Sequence record: KX452698
Origin: Shigella phage KNP5
Reading direction: 5' to 3' (one strand)
Length of the DNA stretch: 64,000 bases
The translations under genes and the position numbers were made by a program. Below, piece by piece: positions 1-8,476 of this stretch; within the stretch, counting starts at the first letter, position 1; every line of letters begins with the position of its first letter. The notes beneath the pieces were generated by a model. The model ran no database searches, was not told where the DNA came from, and was given only the letters and a program-made list of their open reading frames with translations.

Positions 1-104
1 CCCATGGTCCACGCTTCATTAAATTGCTGTTCGCCTGAATTACTAAACCACTCGGCGAAAGCATTTAACACATCTTTAGAACCTTCAATAATTATCTTTG
101 CCAT
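1..104 (-). CDS. hypothetical protein, N-terminal part only (gene continues past window start)
   Basis: ATG at 104-102 overlaps the TAA of the upstream ORF (TAATG); open minus-strand frame to position 1; begins [19 protein letters not shown]. Confidence 0.4.
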   Translation of the reverse strand, partial: MAKIIIEGSKDVLNAFAEWFSNSGEQQFNEAWTM

Positions 105-466
105 TACAAGCTCTCAGTAAAGGTACGAGCGATAACGTCGCGCTGCTGTTCCGGAGTCAGAGAGTTAAAGCGAACTGCATAACCGGATACACGGATGGTC
201 AGCTGCGGATATTTTTCCGGATGCTTAACTGCATCTTCCAGAGTTTCACGACGCAGAACGTTAACGTTCAGGTGTTGACCACCTTCAATTTTAACTGTAG
301 GCTGTGGTTCAATTTCAATTTCACGGGTGTGCAAACCGTAGAAAATTTCTGGGTCTACAAAAGAGTCCTCTTTAAAGGTTTTAGAAACAATAATTCGTGC
401 TTGAATACCATCTTCAAAATAAATAGTACCTTTATGTGTGCCTTCAAGAATTTGATATGCTTTCAT
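104..466 (-). CDS. autonomous glycyl radical cofactor (GrcA/YfiD-like) protein
   Basis: 120 aa; C-terminus carries the glycyl radical motif [25 protein letters not shown] typical of GrcA and the PFL C-terminus; T4 is known to encode a YfiD homologue (Y06I). Confidence 0.75.
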   Translation of the reverse strand: MKAYQILEGTHKGTIYFEDGIQARIIVSKTFKEDSFVDPEIFYGLHTREIEIEPQPTVKIEGGQHLNVNVLRRETLEDAVKHPEKYPQLTIRVSGYAVRFNSLTPEQQRDVIARTFTESL

Positions 467-472
467 ATAACC

Positions 473-802
473 TCAATTAGAAAATAAATTTATCCAAGAC
501 TGTTCTTTAATTAAAAATGGCTCAGAATCATATGCCATTAAACTTTGGGTGATTAGTCCTTTAAAAGGTCCATCAATAAATTCCATGGTAAAATATGGAA
601 TTTTATTCATTAATCTTGCATTAGGAGCAGTACACAAAACTCTGCATCCTTTGAATACACCTTTTTGTAATTTGTATTGCTTAGGATAAAATTCGCTCAA
701 GACGTTGTTATTTGCCAAAATTTCAAAATGATTCACCAATTTATTTTTAATAGTTTTTGGCGAAAAATAAAGATATTCGAAAAGCTGTGTGTCTGTCATC
801 AT
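473..802 (-). CDS. hypothetical protein
   Basis: ORF track 473..853; start trimmed to the ATG at 802-800, which overlaps the upstream TGA (ATGA). Confidence 0.5.
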   Translation of the reverse strand: MMTDTQLFEYLYFSPKTIKNKLVNHFEILANNNVLSEFYPKQYKLQKGVFKGCRVLCTAPNARLMNKIPYFTMEFIDGPFKGLITQSLMAYDSEPFLIKEQSWINLFSN

Positions 803-1386
803 TGCATTCCGATTACGAAAAACTGCGGACGAGTAATACCACCAGTGCAACATTTACTATTGCAACAGTATTGTACAGTTTCAATATGAATATCGTAAAT
901 TTTATCCATATCGGGAGATTTAACCGGCTCATCGATTATATACAAAATCCGCGAAAGCGATAAACCTCTGAACTTGCTGCCTCTATTACCGATAAAACTA
1001 CGGACAGAATCAGTAAATAAACGAAAACGTATATCATCACTAGAATAACGAGAAAATTCTTTTTTAATGTGGCCTGCAGAAATTTTAGCGTAAGCTGAAG
1101 TATTAGAAAGAACAATAACTGTTCCACCGTCATACAGCCAATTAGCAGCAAAGTTAGTCACAGCAGTTGATTTACCGGATTGACGTCCACCATCTAGTCG
1201 AAGTGTGCAATACTGTTTGAGTAAGTCTTCAAATGGTAGGATATAATCGTTTTTACAAATTTCTTCTACTCTAGCATCAGAATGGTATGTAAAAGCATTC
1301 ATCAGGGATAGATAAGGACCAGTTAAAAATGTTCTCATTTTATTCTCTCTAAATTTGGGCCATTCCATGGCGCATGAATTGTCCAT
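799..1386 (-). CDS. P-loop NTPase-like hypothetical protein
   Basis: 195 aa; Walker A-like GGRQSGKST and Walker B-like ILYIIDE; no family recognised. Confidence 0.55.
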   Translation of the reverse strand: MDNSCAMEWPKFRENKMRTFLTGPYLSLMNAFTYHSDARVEEICKNDYILPFEDLLKQYCTLRLDGGRQSGKSTAVTNFAANWLYDGGTVIVLSNTSAYAKISAGHIKKEFSRYSSDDIRFRLFTDSVRSFIGNRGSKFRGLSLSRILYIIDEPVKSPDMDKIYDIHIETVQYCCNSKCCTGGITRPQFFVIGMQ

Positions 1387-1491
1387 TTCTGTATTTACCC
1401 ATTACCGCACTTGGGCTCGACCTTATTACAGGTTGGCGGGAATCCCTCATAGAATCATGAGGTCCAGCTTGTTCCCATATTTCTTATTTGC

Positions 1492-1965
1492 TTATTTGAA
1501 TGATTTGACGTACTGAATAGAGCCTTTGCTATTCACGAAAGCGATTTTACCATTTTTGTTATACATGGTAGCAGTACGCTGATAACCATAAGTTTGTTTA
1601 CCAGATTGATAACCAACTAATGCAAAATTATCTTCACCCATTTTATTCTGCTTCGCGCGGATACGTTCATGACCATGTGCCATAAGAACCTTAGCGTCGC
1701 CAGTTGCAATGGATCTACGAGTTTTTTCATCTTCAACTGTATTAACAAAGTCGTCAAATGAATCAAATTTAGCGTGAGATTTATTATACAGTTTTCCATC
1801 TACTGCATAATTATATCCCTGTACATCCATCTCAACTTCTGTACCATCATCCAATACAGCAGTGATTTTTTGACCTTTTTTAAATTTCAAAAGATCAGTA
1901 AAAGATTCAGCGATAATTTGAGAATTAATAGCTGCTTCAGTGATAAATTCTTGATATGTTTTCAT
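1492..1965 (-). CDS. head internal protein (IP-like) with N-terminal capsid targeting sequence
   Basis: 157 aa; begins MKTYQEFITE, matching the T4 IP capsid-targeting sequence with I-x-E protease sites (ITE, IAE); late promoter just upstream. Confidence 0.7.
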   Translation of the reverse strand: MKTYQEFITEAAINSQIIAESFTDLLKFKKGQKITAVLDDGTEVEMDVQGYNYAVDGKLYNKSHAKFDSFDDFVNTVEDEKTRRSIATGDAKVLMAHGHERIRAKQNKMGEDNFALVGYQSGKQTYGYQRTATMYNKNGKIAFVNSKGSIQYVKSFK

Positions 1966-1974
1966 GTGTTTCCT

Positions 1975-2391
1975 TTAAATGTAAATAGTTTTACCGTAGT
2001 ATTTATACCAGTGTGGCTTCATTAAAATTTTTTCATCGAGTCGTTGTTGACTCAACTTAATAGCTGATTTGCATGGATTATAATCATTTTTCCATTCTGC
2101 TGGAATATCGCTGATGTCAGGAACTTCAGTATCTTTTATATTAAACCCACGTTTTAAGCATTCCGTTATAATGTCTGATTGACGCTTTCGCAAAAATTCT
2201 AACTTATCATAAAAGAACGTAACATGACCAGAGCCTAAAATAAACTCGGAAGATATTTTAAAATCTTTAACCCGCTTACCATTTGCAACATGTTTACGAA
2301 CTATACCAAAAACACGCGGCAGTTCACGGTATTCTGCGATTAAATGTTGATCAGCAAGTTCAGATACTAAAGTCAAATTAATACGAGTCAT
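1975..2391 (-). CDS. denV: endonuclease V, pyrimidine dimer DNA glycosylase
   Basis: 138 aa; [17 protein letters not shown]...WYKYYGK closely matches T4 DenV. Confidence 0.92.
   Translation of the reverse strand: MTRINLTLVSELADQHLIAEYRELPRVFGIVRKHVANGKRVKDFKISSEFILGSGHVTFFYDKLEFLRKRQSDIITECLKRGFNIKDTEVPDISDIPAEWKNDYNPCKSAIKLSQQRLDEKILMKPHWYKYYGKTIYI
2000..2007 (-). promoter_or_regulatory. T4 late promoter core TATAAATA (inside the 3' end of denV) upstream of the IP-like gene
   Basis: plus strand tatttata = minus TATAAATA, about 35 nt upstream of the ATG at 1965. Confidence 0.6.
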
Positions 2392-2406
2392 TTTATCCCT
2401 CCAAGT

Positions 2407-2446
2407 AACTGTGAATATACTATCACAGTTCTAGAAGAAAGTAAAC
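2407..2446 (-). promoter_or_regulatory. early promoter (-35 GTTTAC) with the -10 region in the loop of an 8-bp hairpin, upstream of denV
   Basis: minus strand GTTTAC-18nt-TAGTAT; hairpin AACTGTGA/TCACAGTT at 2407-2430. Confidence 0.5.
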
Positions 2447-2450
2447 AACT

Positions 2451-2981
<531 letters not shown>

Positions 2982-3437
2982 TTAAAAGAGGCTGTTCATT
3001 ATTCGGTAAAGTGAAGGACCCATCACATATTGCCACTGAGTACGAGGAATAAGGGCAAAAGCATCCATCTCTGGAATCATAACACCATCTTTATTTTCAA
3101 AATAAGACTCGCAATGGCAATTTCTAAACATCTCATGCTCTACTGGAATCGTATAATAAAATAACTGTAAGTCTTTATTACTAGAATATTTAAATACACC
3201 TAGGTCTTCTAGAAGGTCTGAATTATAATCGATAAAACCAGTCTCTTCTGAGCATTCTCTTTTTGCAGCTTCCAGTGCATTCAAATCAGAACTTTCTACA
3301 CGGCCCTTTGGAATATCCCAGCGATGTGCCATCATTCCAGGTTTACGAGAACCAGTAACTCGTCCCATAAATAAATCTTTATCTTCTGTCATAAAGATAA
3401 TACCAGCTGATAATGTTTTCATTTTAATTTCCTGCAT
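2982..3437 (-). CDS. nudE: Nudix hydrolase
   Basis: 151 aa; Nudix box EAAKRECSEETG; position immediately after e as in T4 (e.1); alternative start at 3422. Confidence 0.85.
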   Translation of the reverse strand: MQEIKMKTLSAGIIFMTEDKDLFMGRVTGSRKPGMMAHRWDIPKGRVESSDLNALEAAKRECSEETGFIDYNSDLLEDLGVFKYSSNKDLQLFYYTIPVEHEMFRNCHCESYFENKDGVMIPEMDAFALIPRTQWQYVMGPSLYRIMNSLF

Positions 3438-3907
3438 TCAGTGATAAAGTTATTTAAATTTTGAGTATATTTCTTTTCATCAAAAATCTTTTGTTGTCTG
3501 CGTAGCCGCCATGGCATTTCAATGAACGTGTACCATATCCCAGATAATATTGCTGCTGTAAAAATATTAACAAGTATGGTTAAAAGAATCCAATCTCCTA
3601 TTCTGTCCATTGGATTTTTTATAAAAAAGTAAAATACGAATGATGTCACAGGAAGACTAATAATATACCACAGAATCATAATTTTATCTGTGAACCAATC
3701 AGCGTTCGTTAACTTAGCGCGACCATTATGAATACACACGAATTTATCGTCTGTTATAGTAGATGGCTTAACTGGTTGATATCCCATTCTAAACTCCCTA
3801 ATCAACAAATTTTTCATATCTTCGGAACAGCCATTCCAGTCAACTCTATCAACTGGAATGCCATCATCCCCATCATCTAAATCATACCAGCGAGTTTTTA
3901 AAATCAT
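3419..3907 (-). CDS. hypothetical membrane protein (T4 e.2-like position)
   Basis: 162 aa ORF with hydrophobic segments; ATGA overlap with next gene. Confidence 0.6.
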   Translation of the reverse strand: MILKTRWYDLDDGDDGIPVDRVDWNGCSEDMKNLLIREFRMGYQPVKPSTITDDKFVCIHNGRAKLTNADWFTDKIMILWYIISLPVTSFVFYFFIKNPMDRIGDWILLTILVNIFTAAILSGIWYTFIEMPWRLRRQQKIFDEKKYTQNLNNFITECRKLK

Positions 3908-4266
3908 TTGATTTTCCTACAATCATTCACGAATTCTTTCATTGATTCATTTTCAATATAAGACATGTAGCTATTGTATTCTTTTAATTGTATTTTGTAA
4001 TCCTTTTTTCTTTGCCAATTTATTTTAAAATTATCATAATGAAAAAATAGCATGGTACCAAAGAATGAAAATAATGAAATCGCTATAGTAAAACGAAGTT
4101 CACTCCAAACATCTGTTATAATTGCTGAACTATCGATGTTTAAAATAATACAGTCAATCATTAATCCAATAAGACTACCAGCAAGAGCTGCAGCCAACGC
4201 CACAGCAAGAATTAATAGCGCCTCGGGAAACGAATATTTGACTTTATTTAGTTTTGGCTTTTGCAT
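3904..4266 (-). CDS. hypothetical membrane protein (e.3-like position)
   Basis: 120 aa; hydrophobic core LLILAVALAAALAGSLIGL. Confidence 0.6.
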   Translation of the reverse strand: MQKPKLNKVKYSFPEALLILAVALAAALAGSLIGLMIDCIILNIDSSAIITDVWSELRFTIAISLFSFFGTMLFFHYDNFKINWQRKKDYKIQLKEYNSYMSYIENESMKEFVNDCRKIK

Positions 4267-4661
4267 CGTGATTCCTTAACAAATTTCATAATTTCATCAA
4301 ATTCATACGCAGCAAGTTTAAGCTGATGTTCTTTTTTAATCTTTTTGCACTGGGCTTTCCAATCACGTATACGTTTACGATAGTGTCTTCCTTGATACCA
4401 GTATCCTACCCAATTCACAGGTACTAATAAAAGCGGAACTACCAATGGAAAAATTAGTGTTGCTCCAAATATTACACCAGATTCAATATCAGTCATAACG
4501 TCTATAACCATTCCAGCAATCAGCAAAATCACAAATGATACAGCTACCACAGGACCTATTAACACATCAGTAGAAATTAGCTGACGCTTTGGTTCATACT
4601 TCACAGGTTTACTTGGAAGGTATAGTGATGGCTTTGACATATTCTCTACATTCCTTAACAA
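4248..4661 (-). CDS. hypothetical membrane protein (e.4-like position)
   Basis: 137 aa; two predicted TM segments. Confidence 0.55.
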   Translation of the reverse strand: MLRNVENMSKPSLYLPSKPVKYEPKRQLISTDVLIGPVVAVSFVILLIAGMVIDVMTDIESGVIFGATLIFPLVVPLLLVPVNWVGYWYQGRHYRKRIRDWKAQCKKIKKEHQLKLAAYEFDEIMKFVKESRCKSQN

Positions 4662-5223
4662 ATTTTTCTAATAATAAATCGCTTTCAAAATTGGGATTTT
4701 CTACGAATTTATCAAAAAGATCATCAACAATAGTTAAGATATTCTTTTTACTAAGAATACGTTTATTTTCATGCTTTGTTTCAGAATCAATTATAAGAGT
4801 AAAGAAATATTTCTTTCCCTGAAATTTTACCGTAGTATCAATATAAAATAAATTTGACTTTTGTAAATTACGTTTAAACCATGCGTCACTTAAACTATAA
4901 ACGCCAAGATAATCATAATCGTCGTTTAAATAACAAACCGTCCATTCAGGAGAAATGAAATCAGTAAATTCAACATCAAAATCACATGTCAATGAATGAA
5001 TTGATTCAATACTGTTAATGAGTATTCCAGGACGTATTAAAGACTTTTTACCTCTAGAAAATCTTCCGGAAAGGCTTTCATCAGTTTCATATGAAGACCC
5101 CCAATAGTAATTACGTCCTTCTGCCATACGTTTAAGAGCATTTAGTAATTGGTCTGGAACATCAACCTGTCTTTGGAACTCTTCAAACATTGAATTGAAA
5201 TCACTTTGCATTTTCATTTTCAT
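4609..5223 (-). CDS. hypothetical protein (e.5-like position)
   Basis: 204 aa ORF in operon-like array. Confidence 0.6.
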   Translation of the reverse strand: MKMKMQSDFNSMFEEFQRQVDVPDQLLNALKRMAEGRNYYWGSSYETDESLSGRFSRGKKSLIRPGILINSIESIHSLTCDFDVEFTDFISPEWTVCYLNDDYDYLGVYSLSDAWFKRNLQKSNLFYIDTTVKFQGKKYFFTLIIDSETKHENKRILSKKNILTIVDDLFDKFVENPNFESDLLLEKFVKECREYVKAITIPSK

Positions 5224-5264
5224 TCCTATTTACTCCAAGTATAAGGGGCCGAAGCCCCTTATCA

Positions 5265-5858
5265 TTATTTCAGAGAATTAATGTATTCCTGAACATCGGC
5301 AGAGGTAGTTTCAACCCCAGAAATATTACCGTTAAAGGTTTCAACTCGAGCAAGGGTATCTTCAATATCAACCTTAGTCAGTGCTGCAATTTCAACTACA
5401 TCATCGGCAGTACTAATTCCAAGGGCATTTGCTGCACGAGTTTCACGGATATATTCCAATTTAACCGCAAGTTCTTGACGAGCATCATCTAACTCAACTA
5501 CTTTCTTGGCGATTTCAATTCGCATTTCAGCATAACCGTCAGCCTTAGTAGTCAACTGCTCAGCTGTTCGACGATATAGCAAGCCGAGTTTAGCGTGCAT
5601 TGTTACATCTTGACCTTCGGAAAGAAGTTTACGAATTTCACGCTCTTTTGATTCGGCCTGTCGATTCTTTTCGACAATAAGTTCACGAATACGTTTTTCT
5701 TCATTAATAGATTTAACAGAAGCAGTTTTTAGATCTTTAATTTTATCAAGCAGTTTTGCTGCTGCAGCAGTATACTGTTCTTCAACAGATAGATTTTTAG
5801 CCATAGCAGAACCAAGTTTAGTGCGAATAAATTCAACAATTTTCTTCAGTGTGTTCAT
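5265..5858 (-). CDS. hypothetical coiled-coil protein (e.6-like position)
   Basis: 197 aa, charged and heptad-rich; strong early promoter upstream. Confidence 0.6.
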   Translation of the reverse strand: MNTLKKIVEFIRTKLGSAMAKNLSVEEQYTAAAAKLLDKIKDLKTASVKSINEEKRIRELIVEKNRQAESKEREIRKLLSEGQDVTMHAKLGLLYRRTAEQLTTKADGYAEMRIEIAKKVVELDDARQELAVKLEYIRETRAANALGISTADDVVEIAALTKVDIEDTLARVETFNGNISGVETTSADVQEYINSLK

Positions 5859-5889
5859 AGTATTTCCTTAGGTTGATTAAAAATAAAAT

Positions 5890-5929
5890 CTGTGGAAGAA
5901 TTATATCATACTATTTAAGAGATGTAAAC
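5890..5929 (-). promoter_or_regulatory. early promoter GTTTACA-17nt-TATAAT
   Basis: minus strand aGTTTACAtctcttaaatagtatgaTATAATtc, upstream of the ORF at 5858. Confidence 0.6.
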
Positions 5930-6446
5930 TATTTTTAATTTTACAAATTCGTTCAGCTTCTTCAACGGCGGCGGCGATAATGCTTTTAGCTATAGGAGTA
6001 CTAATACTAGTAGCTTTTACACTTAACACGATTTCTTTATCTTTACTAGGCCAACCCCATGATTTTTCACCATGAGTGCCTTTAATAACAGCAGACACCT
6101 CAAGTGAGCATCCACTGTCACATGTTTTTACATTAACAACCCAAGGGTCACTTTTCTCAACCGATTTCTCAGCCGGTTTATCCCAGTAAATATTAAGAAT
6201 ACGTGGGACATCAAATTTAGCAGGGCAAATCTTAACTGTAAGACCTTCGCTTTCTAGCCAATTAATAAGAGGGCGTTCATACATGCGGCGATGTGGGCTT
6301 TGGACTCGACAAGCCTTGTGCCCATTGCTTGCGGCTTCACTAAGCTGTTCTAATACCTGTTTTTGCATTATTGATAAGATATCATCAAAAGATTTTTCGG
6401 AAGTTTCATTCAGTTCGGTATAAAGAGACATAACGGTTTTCCTCAA
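5901..6446 (-). CDS. hypothetical protein (e.7-like position)
   Basis: 181 aa ORF. Confidence 0.6.
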   Translation of the reverse strand: MRKTVMSLYTELNETSEKSFDDILSIMQKQVLEQLSEAASNGHKACRVQSPHRRMYERPLINWLESEGLTVKICPAKFDVPRILNIYWDKPAEKSVEKSDPWVVNVKTCDSGCSLEVSAVIKGTHGEKSWGWPSKDKEIVLSVKATSISTPIAKSIIAAAVEEAERICKIKNSLHLLNSMI

Positions 6447-6450
6447 ATTG

Positions 6451-6487
6451 TAGGCTCATAATATCTCAATCATGAGCCTATGTAAAC
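6451..6487 (-). promoter_or_regulatory. early promoter (-35 GTTTAC) followed by a 9-bp hairpin enclosing the -10
   Basis: minus GTTTACA TAGGCTCAT gattgagatatt ATGAGCCTA; -10 TATTAT. Confidence 0.5.
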
Positions 6488-6805
6488 TTATTTCATATTA
6501 TTGAAATATTCTTCTGCGATTTCGTCGTTATCGTGGTAAACTTTAGAAGACAGTTTAACATAACCTTCTGCTGTGAACATATTAATCACAACCTTTACAG
6601 TATACCACTGTCCGTCTTCATTACCCATTACTGCGTAAGTTTCAAACATCGGATGGTCAGGACCGATAACTTTAATATCATTCACTGTACGACCGAAATC
6701 TTCTGAAACGCATTTCATAAAGAAGTTGAACAGTTCGCCGTAATTATCCATTTCATTCTCCAAGTTGTTTTTCTGTATCAGTAGTTGATAGTTGTATAGT
6801 ACCAT
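6488..6805 (-). CDS. hypothetical protein (e.8-like position)
   Basis: 105 aa ORF. Confidence 0.6.
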   Translation of the reverse strand: MVLYNYQLLIQKNNLENEMDNYGELFNFFMKCVSEDFGRTVNDIKVIGPDHPMFETYAVMGNEDGQWYTVKVVINMFTAEGYVKLSSKVYHDNDEIAEEYFNNMK

Positions 6806-6824
6806 GGAAGAGCAGGGATGTAAA
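6796..6824 (-). promoter_or_regulatory. early promoter TTTACA-17nt-TACTAT
   Basis: minus tttcacaaaactaTTTACAtccctgctcttccatggTACTAT, upstream of the ORF at 6805. Confidence 0.45.
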
Positions 6825-6955
6825 TAGTTTTGTGAAAAAATTTTTAAAAATTTTTAGGGAATTCTAGGGCAGGGAGGGGCAATTAAAAGATAGGATAATA
6901 TATTATAAAGGGTAGAAACTAAATGATGTCTAGAGAGGTCCAGAAAGGCCTAGAT

Positions 6956-6986
6956 ACCAAAAAGCCCCAACCTTTTGGTCGGGGTT
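6956..6986 (-). terminator. rho-independent terminator (minus strand)
   Basis: minus AACCCCGACC aaaa GGTTGGGGC followed by TTTTT; downstream of the IP-like gene. Confidence 0.7.
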
Positions 6987-6993
6987 AAGAATG

Positions 6994-7467
6994 TTATTTG
7001 ATTTGTTTAGCAGACCAAATGCGGTCTTTAATAATTTTTTGAATGTCTTCAACATACTCAAGAGAGTGAACATGTGGATTATCTTTGAAACTATAAGCAC
7101 GGGCTAACTTTTGGCCTTCGGTTTTGATTACTAAAAGCTCTTTAAGGATAGCTTCATATTTAGAGATAATTCCTTTAACAATATTTTTTTCTTGTGCAAC
7201 TTTAGGATCTGCTTTAGGAGCAGGTTTACCCGAAGCCTTTGCAAAAGCAGCGCCAGTAGCAACTAGACTTTTCCAGGCCATACTAACCGCATTTCCCGTA
7301 AATCCTTCTGCTTTCATGTCGCGAGCAAATTGGAATCGTGATTCGTCAGAAGCATCTTTATAGGAATATTTACCCGCTGCAATGGCTGCTTTTGCGACAG
7401 CTTGAATTTCGGTGCTAGATGCTTCATTTAACACCGCTTCATTTAAAAATTGAGCATATGATTTCAT
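6994..7467 (-). CDS. head internal protein (IP-like) with capsid targeting sequence
   Basis: 157 aa; begins MKSYAQFLNE↓AVLNE↓ with L-x-E sites; own late promoter and flanking terminators. Confidence 0.65.
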   Translation of the reverse strand: MKSYAQFLNEAVLNEASSTEIQAVAKAAIAAGKYSYKDASDESRFQFARDMKAEGFTGNAVSMAWKSLVATGAAFAKASGKPAPKADPKVAQEKNIVKGIISKYEAILKELLVIKTEGQKLARAYSFKDNPHVHSLEYVEDIQKIIKDRIWSAKQIK

Positions 7468-7507
7468 CTTATTTCCTGTTTTAATTCGTGGATTTAATAT
7501 ACTACTA

Positions 7508-7515
7508 TATTTATA
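7508..7515 (-). promoter_or_regulatory. late promoter core TATAAATA
   Basis: plus tatttata; about 40 nt upstream of the ATG at 7467. Confidence 0.6.
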
Positions 7516-7516
7516 C

Positions 7517-7547
7517 TAAAAAGCCCCAACCTTTCGGTCGGGGCTAA
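7517..7547 (-). terminator. rho-independent terminator ending the tRNA / stable-RNA transcription unit
   Basis: minus GCCCCGACC gaaa GGTTGGGGC followed by TTTTT. Confidence 0.7.
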
Positions 7548-7850
7548 GCCTTGCGGCAACCTTGTCGGGGTTCCACCTGCTAAGGCAAGTGTTTGTACGA
7601 AACGCCGGGATTCGAACCCGGTTATTAAGCAGTTGACGCTACTCAATATTTTTAAAAGGCCATATCTCGACCATATCCGAACGTTCCGTCAAAAACGCTA
7701 CTCGGCTTACGGCAAAGATATTTCCTCGAATCGATAATTCGGTGCGCCGTTTCAGCTGTGATAGTAAAGAACCAGAACACAGTAAAACTGTGGGAGGAAC
7801 TATACTCCAGGGAACATCAGTCCGACGACTTACCGGTAGCGACCCGGTTT
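7548..7850 (-). ncRNA. candidate stable small RNA region (T4 species 1/2 RNA-like position)
   Basis: about 300 nt non-coding between the ORF at 7852 and the terminator; contains a tRNA T-arm-like element CCGGGTTCGAATCCCGG; T4 carries two stable RNAs in the same cluster. Confidence 0.35.
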
Positions 7851-7851
7851 C

Positions 7852-8202
7852 TTAATATTCTTTTAAAGTATCAATCTGTTCACGACGTTTACGCCATAAA
7901 TCAATTGCTTCATACGCAGATTCAGCATTTCGAATTAGTCGGCATTTGTGTAAAGACTTATGATTTTGATATTGTGTAGATAACGGAATTTTATCTAAAA
8001 GGTCTTTACGTTCAAAGTATTCGTAACCATCTAAGCCAAATGAACGATTTTTAAGAAATTGCCAATGACCATATTCGTTTTCGACATAAACATAATCCGC
8101 ATGTTGATAAAGCAAATTAATTACACGTTCAGAAATAACAGTGTCATTGTGATTAAAATAAAATGTTAAATCATGAACTACTAAATAAACATTACCTTTC
8201 AT
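7852..8202 (-). CDS. hypothetical protein embedded in the tRNA cluster
   Basis: 116 aa ORF between tRNA-Arg and the stable-RNA region; no GIY-YIG or HNH motif seen. Confidence 0.5.
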   Translation of the reverse strand: MKGNVYLVVHDLTFYFNHNDTVISERVINLLYQHADYVYVENEYGHWQFLKNRSFGLDGYEYFERKDLLDKIPLSTQYQNHKSLHKCRLIRNAESAYEAIDLWRKRREQIDTLKEY

Positions 8203-8218
8203 ATTTTCCTCACTTAAT

Positions 8219-8294
8219 TGGTCGAGACAGTAGGGATCGAACCTACGACCTAGGACTTAGAAGGTCCTTGCTCTTCCTTCTGAGCTATGCCTCG
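8219..8294 (-). tRNA. tRNA-Arg (anticodon UCU), CCA encoded
   Basis: hand-folded cloverleaf: acceptor CGAGGCA/TGTCTCG, anticodon loop CUUCUAA, T-loop TTCGATC. Confidence 0.85.
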
Positions 8295-8298
8295 TATT

Positions 8299-8373
8299 TG
8301 GCGGACATGCATGGATTCGAACCATGGACCAATTGATTAACAGTCAACTGCTCTACCACTGAGCTACACATCC
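8299..8373 (-). tRNA. tRNA-Asn (anticodon GUU), CCA encoded
   Basis: hand-folded: D-arm GCTCAGTGGTAGAGC, anticodon loop CUGUUAA, T-arm CATGG-TTCGAAT-CCATG. Confidence 0.8.
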
Positions 8374-8377
8374 AAAT

Positions 8378-8464
8378 TGGTGGGGAGTGATGGAGTCGAA
8401 CCACCCGAGTCGCAATGACAATGGATTTACAGTCCACACCGCTACCTCTACGGGATAACTCCCC
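8378..8464 (-). tRNA. tRNA-Tyr (anticodon GUA), class II long variable arm, CCA encoded
   Basis: perfect 7-bp acceptor GGGGAGT/ACTCCCC, anticodon loop CUGUAAA, long variable arm; D-arm slightly irregular. Confidence 0.65.
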
Positions 8465-8476
8465 TAATTCTTAATT

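Noticed and set aside
104-466. N-terminus MKAYQILEG of the GrcA-like protein as a capsid targeting sequence
   Set aside because: Only loose resemblance to MKTYQEFIAE; no late promoter upstream; likely coincidence.
98-487. Plus-strand ORF of 129 aa overlapping the GrcA-like gene
   Set aside because: Antisense shadow; the minus-strand frame carries the glycyl-radical motif and sits in an operon-like array of minus-strand genes.
677-963. Plus-strand ORFs 677..889 and 757..963
   Set aside because: Overlap well-supported minus-strand genes; low-complexity, Cys/Ile-rich translations typical of antisense frames in AT-rich DNA.
7590-7680. Additional tRNA gene downstream of tRNA-Arg
   Set aside because: A T-arm and a 7-bp acceptor-like pairing can be drawn, but no convincing D or anticodon arms; more likely part of a stable small RNA.
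7758-7979. Plus-strand 73-aa ORF in the tRNA region
   Set aside because: Overlaps the minus-strand ORF and stable-RNA region; all confirmed local genes are on the minus strand.
7852-8202. Possible SegB-type homing endonuclease in the tRNA cluster
   Set aside because: No GIY-YIG or HNH motif and only 116 aa; kept as a hypothetical protein.
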